DNA of 64,000 nucleotides from Mobula hypostoma (Eukaryota). The DNA lies in assembly GCF_963921235.1 (NCBI RefSeq), contig NC_086119.1, positions 25,172,001-25,236,000 of the forward strand, read 5' to 3'. A program made the translations under genes and the position numbers. The notes under the pieces are model-generated. The model was given only the letters and a program-made list of their open reading frames with translations, had not been told where the DNA came from and did not search any database. This document shows positions 53,116 to 64,000 of the stretch, piece by piece. How positions within the stretch are numbered: the first letter of the stretch is position 1; the number at the start of each line of letters is the position of its first letter.

Positions 53116-54900
53116 AACTTTTCACTAATATTTTGAAGAACTTAATATAAAGGATGTGTTAGATTGAAGAATGCATTAGATTATGATCAAAACTGGAACA
53201 TAATTACCTTTTTAAGTATTATTATTCTGTAACATTTATCTGATGAAACCTTGTCTATCAAACTTTTTTTTCCTCTTAGGCCAGAGAGCTTGCTAAGCAG
53301 TAATTATGGCTTAGCATGCTATCAGTAAAGATTCACTAATATGTTATTAAACAAAATGCAGTGTTTTAAGGGATTTTACAGCAAAGTTTGTTTATATGTA
53401 ATGATTTGTCAGTTGACTCATTTCTCATGAATGAGCAGGGGAAAAAGATGCAAATAGCAGACTTTGTAGGCAAGAGACTGACGACTGGCAGAATTTCGAG
53501 GTTTCCACAATGCTATACTTAAAAGTTCCCGTCAGTTTCATAATGTAATGATAGTGACATTACACTATCAAACTGCATTACTGCATCCCTAAAATCTTGC
53601 AAATTATTAATGAAGGAAATTGGTTTTGAGAGTAGACTGAACACGAAGGATGCCTCACTTTTTCATTAATAATTCATGGTTTCAGCAGAACAGCTTATTT
53701 TTCACAAGTTTTCGGTTACTGGCTCTGAACTGAATACAGAAACGTCATTGTTTTCATAGTCCAGCCCTTTGCCATCGATGTTTTTTCTCATTAAATAATA
53801 TAGACTGATTTAAAACTCAAGCATTTATTTATGCACTGTTTAATGAAACTTGCACCAAGCCATTATGTGCCACTGTGACACATTTAATTATTGGCTTATC
53901 TAGACCAAATCTGTTGCAATTACATTAAACAATTTTTATTTCATGTCAGTCAAATCAGGGACCAAGAAAAGTCTCAGTTTGACAAACATAAAATTCTCAA
54001 TTTGGCTTTTTTTGGTTTAGAAAGATCAGACAAAGTTTATTCCAAAGTCTGTATCGGCTTTCTTGGCTAACTGGCATTCATTTCCGATCCCAGTTGTTTG
54101 AAGAACTTGCTAAACCATTTCAAAGGGCTGTAATACTTGTGTGTGATTGGAGTCACAAGTAGGCAGATGTTAGTGAATTGAGTGTTTTTTTTAAATAATT
54201 ACATAGCTTCATGGGCAGAGTTTCATTTGAAACCAGATTCTTTTGCTGAAATGAACTTAACACATTGGAATTGAACTGACAGGAGCTGTCTGGTGGCCAA
54301 ACTTTTAACACTTAGTACAAAGAACAACTGTTTATTAGTATTTCTAGGACTCCAAGATTACTACAAGGAAATGTCCTTTAAGCCACACTGGTGGATTACT
54401 GAGGCTCAGACAGATAGGGTATATGGATAAAAAAATGAGGGACAGGATTAGTCTGCACTTAGAAAGGTGGGAATAAATTAAAGATAGTCACCATGGTTTT
54501 GTTTAGGAAAACTCCTATCTGACCAATTTAATTTTTTGAAGAGATAACAAAGGGTATTGATGTAACAAGGGTAGTACAATTGATGTAGGCAGCCTAGAAT
54601 TCAGTAAAGCCATTGAGAAGGCTGCCCTGAAAGTTTAGAGTTCATATGATTCAGGCCTAGTTGGTAAATTTGATCCAAAATTGGCCTGGGAATAGGAGAA
54701 AATGGTTGATCGTGGAGTGTTATTAATTGGAAGCTTCTGGTCTTGGATGTCCAAAAGGGATAGCTACCCTGACCTTGAAGGTTATAAACATTTATGATTT
54801 GACTGCAAATATGGGAGGTATGATTAACAAGTTTGCAGATAGTCAACAGAAAGAGTTGGTAAAATAGGCAGAGCAATGGCAGATGGAATTTAATCATGAT

Positions 54901-55527
54901 CCGGGAGGAGAAGTTGGCGGCGCGCCTCTGTGTGTGCAGCCCTCCGGTGAAAAATGATATCGTATCTGTTAAGTAGGGGCAGTGGACAATTGTGATTTGA
55001 TGGAGAATGGACGTGAAAGCACAGAGGAACATCTGGAGAGATTTCTGAAACGCCCGTTCGCTGCTGTCGTTACTGTGTGGTCGGGAATCTTTCGGAGGGT
55101 AGGCCTCAAAATCCCCGGCCTTGCCTGCTTTTGGTGACCGAGAAGGAGGTCGAATCACTCAGACAGAGATGGCGCTCAGTACTCGGTGTCAGAGAGCTGA
55201 TCAGAGCTCGAAGTTTTCGGATGACTCTGAGTCAGATTGTGGTCGGCACGGCAGGGAGAGTTTTTCTTCCTTCTCCCGTCTGCGTGAGATGTGGGACATT
55301 TGAGAAACTTTGAACTTTACTGTGCTCATGGACTTCATCATCAAGTTATGATCTTGTTGCACTGTTGTAATTATATGTTATAATTATGTGGTTTTGTCAG
55401 TTTTTTCAGTCTTGGTCTGTCCTGTGTTTTGTGATATCACACCGGAGGAAATAATGTATCATTTCTTAATGCATGCATTACTAAATGACAATAAAAGAGG
55501 ACTATGTGTCTTCATAATCTAATCTAA
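54901..55527 (+). mobile_element. Non-autonomous retroelement with GGAGGAGAAG(A/T)TGGCGGCGCG head
   Basis: Splits the host CR1; CpG-rich; tail aataaaagaggac..cataatctaatctaa; same family as 62336-62994. Confidence 0.75.
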
Positions 55528-56743
55528 GTGTGAACAGATATATTGTGGGAGGACTAATAAGGTCCGGTCACAAACGAGTGGCAGAGCCTTACAGACTGTT
55601 AAGGAAAATCAGGATCTGGCATACAGTACAAGGAGCTGAGATATAGAGGTTAAGATACAACTGTATAAAACATTGGTTAAGCCACAGCTGGAGTACTGTG
55701 TGATGTTCTGGGTTCCACACGATGGGAAGGGTGTGATTACACTGGAGAGGGTGCAGAGGAGATTCACCAGGACGTTGCACAGATGGAGCAGTTCAGGTAT
55801 GAAGAGAGACTAGATGGGCTAGTTTTTCTTTCCCGAGGAGCAGAGAAGATTGAGGGGGCCCTGGCTGTAGACTATGAACTTATTAGGGTCATAAATAGGG
55901 TAAACAGTAGCATAACAGGTGCCTGAAGCTAGTGGGCATAAGTTTAAAGCAAAGTGTAGGAGGTTTAGAGGGAACTTGAATTTCTCTCTTTTGAGGTGTT
56001 TTCCTTCACAAATTCAGTGACCAGTGGTGTTTCACAGGGATCTGTTCTGGGACCTGTGCGCTTTTAGGTATTTTTATAAATGACTTGGATGAGAAGGTGA
56101 AAGAGTAGATTAATAAGTTTGCAGATGACACAAAGGTCGGTGGTGTTGTAGATAGTGTAGAAGGTTGTCATAGGCTATAATGGGAAACTGACAGGATACA
56201 GAGCTGGCTGAGAAGTGGCAGATGGAATTCAACCTGGAAAAGTGTGATGTGATTCACATTGGAAGGGCAAACTTGAAAGTAGAGTACCAAGGTTAATAGC
56301 AGAATTCTTAGCACTGTGGAGGAACAGATGGATCTCGGGGTCCATAGATCATCAACTTGCATGGCAACTTTGAGCGGAGTGGTTAAGAAGGTGGATGGTG
56401 TGTTGGCCTCCAGTAGTCAAGGGATTGAATTCAGGAGTTGTGAGGTAATCTTAAGAAACGTACTCTGGTAAGACCATACTTGGTATATTGTGTTCAGTTC
56501 TGGTCACCTTGTTAGAGAAAGGATGTGGAAGCTTTAAAGAGAGTGCTGAGGAGATTTACCAGGATGCAGCATGGATTAGAGAGCATGCCTTACATGGAAA
56601 GGTTGAAATTTTCTCTTTGGAGCGAAGGACAATGGAAGGCAACTTGACAGAGGTGGATAAGATAAGAGGGATAGACAGAGTTGACAGCCAGTGCCTTTTT
56701 CCTAGGTTGGCAATGAGTTATATGAGAAGGCATACTCTTAATG

Positions 56744-56822
56744 CAGGGGTTCCCAACTTTTTTTATCCCATGGACCAATACCATTAAGCAAGGAGTCCGT
56801 GATACCAGGTTGGGAACCCCTG
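56744..56822. mobile_element. 79-bp hAT-type MITE
   Basis: 14-bp perfect TIR CAGGGGTTCCCAAC; 8-bp TSD TCTTAATG/TTTTAATG. Confidence 0.88.
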
Positions 56823-58269
56823 TTTTAATGTCATTGGAGGAAGTTGTAGCGGGGATGCCAGAGATGTTTTGTACACAGATAGAGGCAGATACTTTAGGAA
56901 AATTTAAACAACTCTTAGATAGGCACATGGATGAAAGAAAAATAGAGGTCTATGTGGAAGGAAAGGATGAAATTAATCTTGGAATAGGTTAAACGGTCAG
57001 CACAATATTGTAGGCTGAAGGGCCTGTATTGTGCTGTACTCTTCTATGTTCTGTTGGCAGTTCCCTGCACGAGCCTTCAGAATTCTTGTAATCTAATACT
57101 AGGAAGAACTGGCATGTTGGGCAAAGGGCACTCAGCACCTTTGGGTTGTTGCTAGCTAAGTGAGATCTATGTTTTGGGAATTTTGAGAAACTATCATTCT
57201 CTGACAGCAATATGAAAAGAAGACCTACAAGCAATTTGTCTTGGCTGCCCTGTGCTGTAGGGAGGATTCCATTAACTCCAGCAGCACATATATATAATCA
57301 AGTGCACCTCAATCATATCCTTCATGTCGAGTAGTTCAACATTAGCCAAATAAAATCAGTAAAAGCGGGGGCTGAAAGTCTGAACTGGAAACTGAAATAG
57401 TGAAAATACTCAGCTAGTCAGGCAGCATTTGTGGAAAGAAAAAACAGAATTAATGTTTCAGGTCAAAGGTAAAAGATTTGTGGGGAGGGGGTGGAAATGA
57501 GGTTTCTGATCGGAAATGTTACTGTTACTGTTTCTCTTTCAACTGATGCAACCCAACCCTGGGGAACATTTCCACCAATGTTCCCTCTTTTTTTTTTACA
57601 GCTGCATGGACCAACCATTGCTCTAAGCAGGGAATTTTTGCATGGCCTGAAATCTGCACAGTACTTCAAATGTTTTTTTTTGTAATATGCATACTATGAA
57701 TATTTAGAATGAAAATTGAAAAATCACATACTTTTGATTTTATTTATTATTTGACGAGTATAATGACATAAAGTACAACAAAGAAAATCCTTTCATGTTT
57801 CGGAAACTTTTTCAAGCTGCGTCCAATTCCACTTGCACAGCAAAACCTATGTGTGCGGGAGCATTTCAGTTACTGCACGGCCACAAACCTGCGCAGCTTA
57901 GAGGGAACAATAATTTCCACCCTTTTATGCTTTTATTTTAACTTCACTCTACAGTAAGAAAAAATAATGTCTTCTGGTTGTAGCAACTGTGTGGATGGTC
58001 AAAGAAAGAAGTTGACCACTGAACCAGCTCTTGTCCTTTGTGGGGGGAAAATCTGATCTGGTTTGTTTTTCCAGTAATTGAGAACTGCCCCCATCAGAGA
58101 ATGCACTGTTAAGTAGTTACAGTTTCTGAGAGTGAAAGCTATGTAGCCAAACAGTTGTAAAATTGAATGCTTTCATGGTTTTCTAATAATGTCTTAAACA
58201 ATTCCAAACATGCAGCTTAGAACTCTTAGTACCAGTGATGGGGCAAGTGAAGTTGAGTGAAGGTATCCC

Positions 58270-58830
58270 ATTTGGTTCAAGGGTGGGGTGAAATTTGTTT
58301 GCTGAAAGGAGAAATTGATATTCATGCCATTAAGTTGGAGACTACCCAGATAGAACAGAAAGTTTTGCTCCTCCACCCTGAGGGTGACCTCATCTTGACA
58401 CAAGAGAAGGCCATGGATAGACATGTCAGAATGGGAATGGGAATCAGAATTAAAATGTTTGGCCTCCAGGATGGTGGATGGTGTGGAGGTGCTCAACAAA
58501 GCGGTCCCCCAATTTATGACTGGTCTCACCAACGTAAAGGAGGTTACATCAGTGGAGGTGAGGGAGAAGGTGTATGGGCAGGTGTAACACTTCAGCGGCT
58601 TGCAGAGATAAGTGCCAAGAGGGGTATTACTGGGTCTCACCAATGTAGAGGAGGCCACATCGGAGCACCAGACATAATAGACAATGCCGGCTGATTCGCA
58701 TGTCAAGTGTTACCTCCCCTGGGAGGAGTGCCTGGGGCCCTGAATGGAGATGAGGCAGATGTATGGACAGGTGTAGTACTTGGGCCATTTGCAGGGTAAG
58801 TGCCAGGAGGGCAATTAGCGGGTTGGTTGT
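58270..58830 (-). mobile_element. Penelope-like GIY-YIG fragment, internally rearranged
   Basis: TCESAGIVYYVWC, CKPLKCYTCPY, LRVEEQNFLFYLGSLQLNGMN; the Cys-rich segment occurs twice. Confidence 0.8.
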
Positions 58831-58834
58831 TGTT

Positions 58835-59455
58835 AGCGTACAGGAGAGAAGAGAGGACCACAGCTTTGTACATTTGCGAAACCTGGGCCCTGTACCACAG
58901 GCACATCAAACAGCTGGAGCAGTTTCACATGCGCTCTCTGCGGTCGATCATGAGGTTTTGATGATCATGAGGAATCACCAACCAGGAAGTCCTTGACAGA
59001 GCCACAGCACAAGCATTGAGGCAAGGATCCTCCAGGCCCAGCTATGCTGGATTGGCCATATAATCCACATGGGTGAAACAAGAATCCCCAGGCAGCTGCT
59101 CTACGGTGAGCTTGAGCATGGCAGTCGCAATCAGGGCCGTCCCAAAAAAAAGATTCAAAGACAATCTGAAATTGTACATCAAATGCGCAGACCTCCAGCC
59201 TCGACAACTTGAGTCCGCAGCTGACAGAGCTGCATGGCGCGCCCTGACCAGAAAAGCTGCATCTGAATTTAAGGATGACCGAAATCAGCGCCTTGCAGCA
59301 ATATGAGCTGTGTATGCACCTGTTCTAACAACCGCCATTCCATGTCCAACCTGCAACTGCATGTGTGCTTCGGCCTTCAGCCTCTGAAGCCACATGCGTA
59401 TCCATAGATCCCTGCACAATGTTTTAGTCTTCCTCGGACTTCGAGAGACAACCAC
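58835..59455 (+). mobile_element. RTE-clade LINE 3' fragment
   Basis: TWALYHRHIKQLEQFHMRSLRSI, ITNQEVL, RIPRQLLYGEL..G.R.QGRPKK, RFKDNLK, AADRAAWR. Confidence 0.88.
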
Positions 59456-59574
59456 CTGTTGTTACCGCACAGCCAGATTTTCAAACTCCCTCCTGTATTG
59501 TCACCTCCTTTGGAGCACTGATGTTTCTATTCTGAAAGCATGAGTTCTCTAATCAGTGTTGTGTTTGCATCCTG

Positions 59575-59990
59575 ACAGCCTTTGTTACCTGAATCTGACT
59601 GTACTCTGAAATCTGTCTGTATGCTGCACTCTGACTGAACTCTACACTCCTGTATCTTCTGACTGAAATCTGGCTGTACTCTACACCCTCCAAATAAAAG
59701 CTGACTGTTACTCCACGTTCTCTGACTGAACTCTAGCTACAGTCTACTTGACCTGACTGCAGTCAGAATGTAATCTACACCATGTAGCTGAAACCTGGCT
59801 GCATTCCATATTGTCTGACTGAGATCCTGCCTTACCCTTTACACCCTGCAGCTGAAATCTGGCTGATGTGCTGTCCTCCTGACTGAAGTTTAGTTGTGTT
59901 TCACCCATCCCCCCACCCCCCCGCATGATCCCAACTGGAAACTTGCCTGTTACCTCGCACCTCTGACTGAAATATATCTTTGGACTGAGA
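59575..59990 (+). repeat. Degenerate ~30-bp minisatellite with CTGACTGAA / CTGAAATCTGGCTG core
   Basis: Core recurs near 59631, 59659, 59722, 59754, 59786, 59815, 59851, 59879 and 59963. Confidence 0.65.
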
Positions 59991-60629
59991 AATAATATTC
60001 ATTCAGAAGTTACTGAAGTGGATTTTGGAAAAAATGTTTTGACAACATCTGAATTGACAGAAATTTCTGTGAGGCCTGGTGTCTTCATTGGTTTCTGTTT
60101 TGGGGTGGGCTGCACCTTCCATATACGTCTGTCAAAGTGAGCTAACTGAAGAGGAATGTAGCAACGTTGGAGGTCCCGGCGCTGCACAGGCAGAAGAGGG
60201 GCGGGACTGTGAGGAGAATCTTTTATAACTTCACTGCCTCAGGGTTTTGTGATCCTTGAGTGTGCGTCTCAGCATAAACAGAATCAATTTGATGGAGAAA
60301 ATTCAGTATCTCTTCCCCTGGGATTTTTAACCCCGGTGATAGCAGCTCCCAACAAACAGTGGTTTGGGTTTGAGATTTTCCTCCCAGTTCTTGAGGATTT
60401 TCCACCAGAGATTTGTGAAAGGGACTGGAGTTAAACCAGGAACTGGATAGAGCAGCCCCTGCAGGGAGCCCTGCTAAGCATTCATATGACTCCGATTTAG
60501 AGGGGGCAGGGACACCCTCCACTAGAAGTATCCACAACCTCGGGCGAGAAGTGAGTAGTAGTGTCTGTGGGTTTCTTTGGTATTTCTGCGCTCAGACCTA
60601 GAGAGAGCTAACAATAGCACATCCTTTCC

Positions 60630-61340
60630 AGTTCAAAAACTTTCACGGAATGTTTATTATCAAAATATGTATACATTATGCAACCTAGAGATTCATTTCC
60701 TAACAGATATCACAAAACAAAGAAACCCCCTAAAACCCATATATTAAAAACAAAGACTGTCAAACACCCAATGTACAGAGAGAGAAAAAAAACAAGCAAA
60801 TAGCTTAAGTCTGCAAGAGGGTCCCATAGTTCAGCGCAGAGCCGAGTAAACTTGGTGGAGCAGCGATCTGAACCGGCCTGCCCCTCGCCTCAAGCCGCGA
60901 CACACTGACCTTTTCAATCTGGTCTGGCGCCTAAATTGACATCCAAATGTTAGGTTCATTGCCTCGTTACACTCTGAGGCCTGGATTTCACTGCCTCGAC
61001 CCCACCTTTAACCGATCTTTGCAATTTGGCACGGCGCTTAGGACTCTGTTCAGACGTCGAGCTCAGCCTAATCAATATGCTCCAGTGCTCGAACCTTGCC
61101 ACTTCGACTTGGCCTTTGGCATGGTGCTTAAATTGATCAAGCTTCGGGTCGTCCTTGCTCTCAGTAACAGGCCTCTGTTCTCCCATGTCGAATTGCCTTC
61201 AAGTCCGAAAGGAAGTTACGGACAATTACTTGCGATGATCATTTACCTGTAAAAGTGTGATTAACAAAGTATTTAGTTGTTTCCCTTGTTTCATTAGCCA
61301 CCAGTCAGAAGTCGCTGAAGTTCACCAGCGCCGTCTTTAA
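60630..61340 (-). mobile_element. Non-autonomous retroelement with AAAGACGGCGC head and Rex1-like tail
   Basis: CpG-rich; internal ~45-bp degenerate repeats (ttggca.gg.gctta); tail tgataataaac..ttgaac. Confidence 0.55.
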
Positions 61341-61604
61341 AACCCTTGAAACCATTTCTTAATAATACTGTTTGCATTGTAAATACACGTTAGTACCTAC
61401 TGTATGCATTTACGAACATTTTATTCTGTATCTGCATTTTACCATCTATTTTTATACAATTCTTTATTGTTTATAATTGTTGAATGTTCTTATTTTTTTG
61501 TCGCATGTTGCGCCTGCACACCACAGCAAATTCCTAATACATGTAAATATATACTTGAATAAAGTTTATCCTTTATTGAGAGCAAATTGCAGAACAGTCT
61601 CTGG

Positions 61605-62075
61605 TATAACAAACACAAGAGATTCTGTAGATGCAAGACATCTTGAGCAACACACACAGTGCTGGAGGAATTCAGGCAACATCTATGGAGGGGAATAATC
61701 AGTCAATCCTTCAGACTGAGGCTCTTCTTCAGGACTGGATGGGGGGGGGGGTGAAGAAGCCAGGATAAGAAGGTGGGGTGAGGGGGAGTGGGCATGAAGT
61801 AAGAAGCTGGGAGATGATATGTGCAAGAGGTAAAGGCCTGAACAATCTGGTAGGAGAAGATGGTGGACCAGGGGAGAAAGGGAGGGAGGAAAGGCACCAG
61901 AGGAAGGTGAATGAAAGAGAAAAGGTGAGAGGGAAAGTGGAATGGTAAAGGAGAGAAGGGGGATAGGGGAGACATTACTGGAAGTTCGGGAAACCAATGT
62001 TCATGCCCTCAGGTTGGAGACTATCCACACAGAATATGAGTTGTTGCTCTTCGAACCTGAGTGTGGCCTCATCAG
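61605..62075 (-). mobile_element. Penelope-like 3' fragment
   Basis: EATLRFEEQQLIFCVDSLQPEGMN on the minus strand, then the pyrimidine tract, a decayed hammerhead and the family 3' end. Confidence 0.82.
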
Positions 62076-63240
62076 TTTTGTGCCCCATATCTAAGAAAGG
62101 AGATGATGGCATTCGAGAGGATCCAAAGGAGGTTTACAAGAATGATCCCAGGAATGAAAGAGTGGATGTATTTGGAGTGTTTGATGTCTCTGGGCCCAAA
62201 TTCACTGGAGTTTAGAAGAATGAGGAGAGATCTCATTGAAACATACTGAATATTGAAAGGCCTAAAGTGAACATGGAGAGAGTATGTTTCCAACAGTGGG
62301 AGAGTCTAGGACTAGAGGGCACAGCGTCAGAATAGATTAGACTATTAGATTATGAGGACACTCAGTCCTCGTTTATTGTCATTTAGAAATGCATGCATGC
62401 ATTAAGAAATGATACAATGTTCCTCCGGAATGATATCACAAAAAAAACAAGACAAACCAAAGACTAACACTGACAAGACCACATAATTATAACATACAGT
62501 TACAGCAGTGCAAAGAAATACCATAATTTGATGAAGAGCAGACCATGGGAACGGTAAAAAAAAAAGTCTCAAAGTTCCGATCGACTCCCGATAGTCCCTG
62601 ATAGCAGGCAGCAGAAGGGAGAAATTCTCTCTGCCATAAACCTCCAGGCACCGACAACTGTCGATGCATTGGAAGCACCTGATCACAGCTGACTTTGAGT
62701 CCGTCCGAAAACTTCGAGCCTCTGACCAGCCCCTCGACACCGAGCACCATCCTCTGCCCCCGACCAAGCAAAACCGAGGATTCGGGGCCTTCCCCTCCAG
62801 AGATTCTGGATCACACAGTAACAGCAGCAGCGAAAAAGGCATTTCAGAACTTTCTCCAGATGTTCCTCCGTTCTCTCATGTCTGTCTCCATCAAATCAGG
62901 ATTGTGCACGGCACCCTACTTGACAGATTACAGATATCATTCACCGGAGTGGCTGCTATGCGCTGCGTCGCGCCGCCATCTTCTCCTCCTCCTCAGGACA
63001 TCCATTTAGAACAGATGAAGGGAAATTTCTTTTGAGGGTGATGAATCTGTGGAATCCATTTCCACAGATGGCTTTGGAGGCCAAGTCATTGGGTATATTT
63101 AAAACAGAGTTTGATAGGTTCTTGATTAGTTAAGGCATCAAAGATTACTGGGGGAAGGCTGGAAAATAAATCAGTCATGTTTGAATGGCAGAGGAAACCT
63201 GATGGGCTGAATGGCCTAATTCTGCTCATTAGCTTTATGA
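62075..63240 (+). mobile_element. CR1 3' fragment split by a minus-strand non-autonomous element (62336-62994)
   Basis: QFCAPYLRK..ERIQRRFTRMIPG..RRMRRDLIETY; the host sequence resumes at aggacatccatttagaaca. Confidence 0.85.
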
Positions 63241-64000
63241 TGAAAAGGGAACAAAATAGTCATTTATTCTGTCTGCATGTTTATACCTGCTCATGTTCCA
63301 TTGGTGGGGGATGGGTCCTAACAACAATTTAAGAATTTTAACATTCTTTAAATATCGATCATTGTTCAGTCGGCTTGTTCTGGAGAAAACTAATACTTTA
63401 GACATTGTTGCCATGTACTTGGCCGATTACACGATTGGGCACAGGCTGTGAGCATTCTGGGGCCGAGCATGAGTATTTGCTGACAATTCACTCTCCTCTA
63501 GGGCCACTCCTATTAAAGCCTCAAAAAGCAAAAATCACTGCTTGTGCTGAAAATCCACACATAAAAACTGAAAAATGTTAGAAGCCCTCAGCAGGTAAGG
63601 GAGCATTTGGGCAGAGAGAAGAAGAATTAATATTTCAGGTCACTGACCTTGCATCAAATCTGAAACATCAACTCAGATTCTTGTTCCGCAAGTTTTGCCT
63701 GAGCTACACAAAAGACTTTTTGTTGAAGTCAAAGGTCTCAGTTATGCTGGTGGATATGTTTACCAATTAAAAAAAATAAAAAGAAAAAAAAATGAGAGAA
63801 ACAAAGGAAATTAAAAATAATTAAAAAAAATAAAAATAGCCTTACCCCATATCCTGTGAAGTATATCACAGCAGAACCAATTAGATTGATAAAGTGAAAG
63901 ACTGTTGCTAAGGGTAGAGTGTAGTTGGAAAGAAGAACTAGGATACAAAGAAGGAAAGGAACTGTTAGACTCCAATAAAGCAGGGTGATCATCATTTCAC

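Larger units (their letters stand above)
54370..57050 (+). mobile_element. Two decayed CR1 RT/3' fragments carrying nested insertions
   Basis: QGSVLGP, KFADDTKVGG, WQMEFN, YCVQFWSP and RGIDRVDSQCLFPR remnants; CR1 tail ttctatgttct. Confidence 0.85.

Noticed and set aside
59575-59990. CRISPR-like repeat-spacer array
   Set aside because: Vertebrate intron, degenerate units, spacers related to each other, no cas genes.
50431-64000. RAB34 exon encoding FKISKVIVVGD..VGKT
   Set aside because: Searched by eye and not found; presumed to lie beyond the window, though I could have missed it.

Overview
Eukaryotic (vertebrate) genomic DNA. The repeat complement (CR1, Rex1/Babar, Penelope-like, V-, CORE- and Deu-type SINEs) suggests a cartilaginous fish, probably a ray; this is inference. 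Three spliced protein-coding genes can be reconstructed. MRM1 (minus strand) has 5 coding exons giving 425 aa, plus a probable non-coding first exon near 23.2 kb. RPL23A (minus strand) has 5 exons giving 155 aa, a 5'TOP tract, and three intronic box C/D snoRNAs (two SNORD4/Z17, one SNORD42/U42). RAB34 (plus strand, divergent from RPL23A) has its first two coding exons here; I did not find the later exons in the window. Most remaining sequence is decayed transposable elements: CR1, Rex1/Babar and RTE LINEs, Penelope-like elements, a Gypsy integrase with LTR, nested Tigger elements, hAT and Tc1 MITEs, and SINEs. Almost all ORFs in the supplied track are TE debris or spurious. The most notable observations are an intact minimal hammerhead ribozyme motif in a young Penelope-like insertion (with several decayed copies elsewhere), snoRNA guides that jointly spell a non-human 18S segment, a divergent pair of identical CTCF cores, and candidate unannotated exons in RAB34 and RPL23A. 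Exon and snoRNA coordinates were read base by base; TE boundaries are approximate unless a TSD or TIR is quoted. No database searches or folding programs were run.
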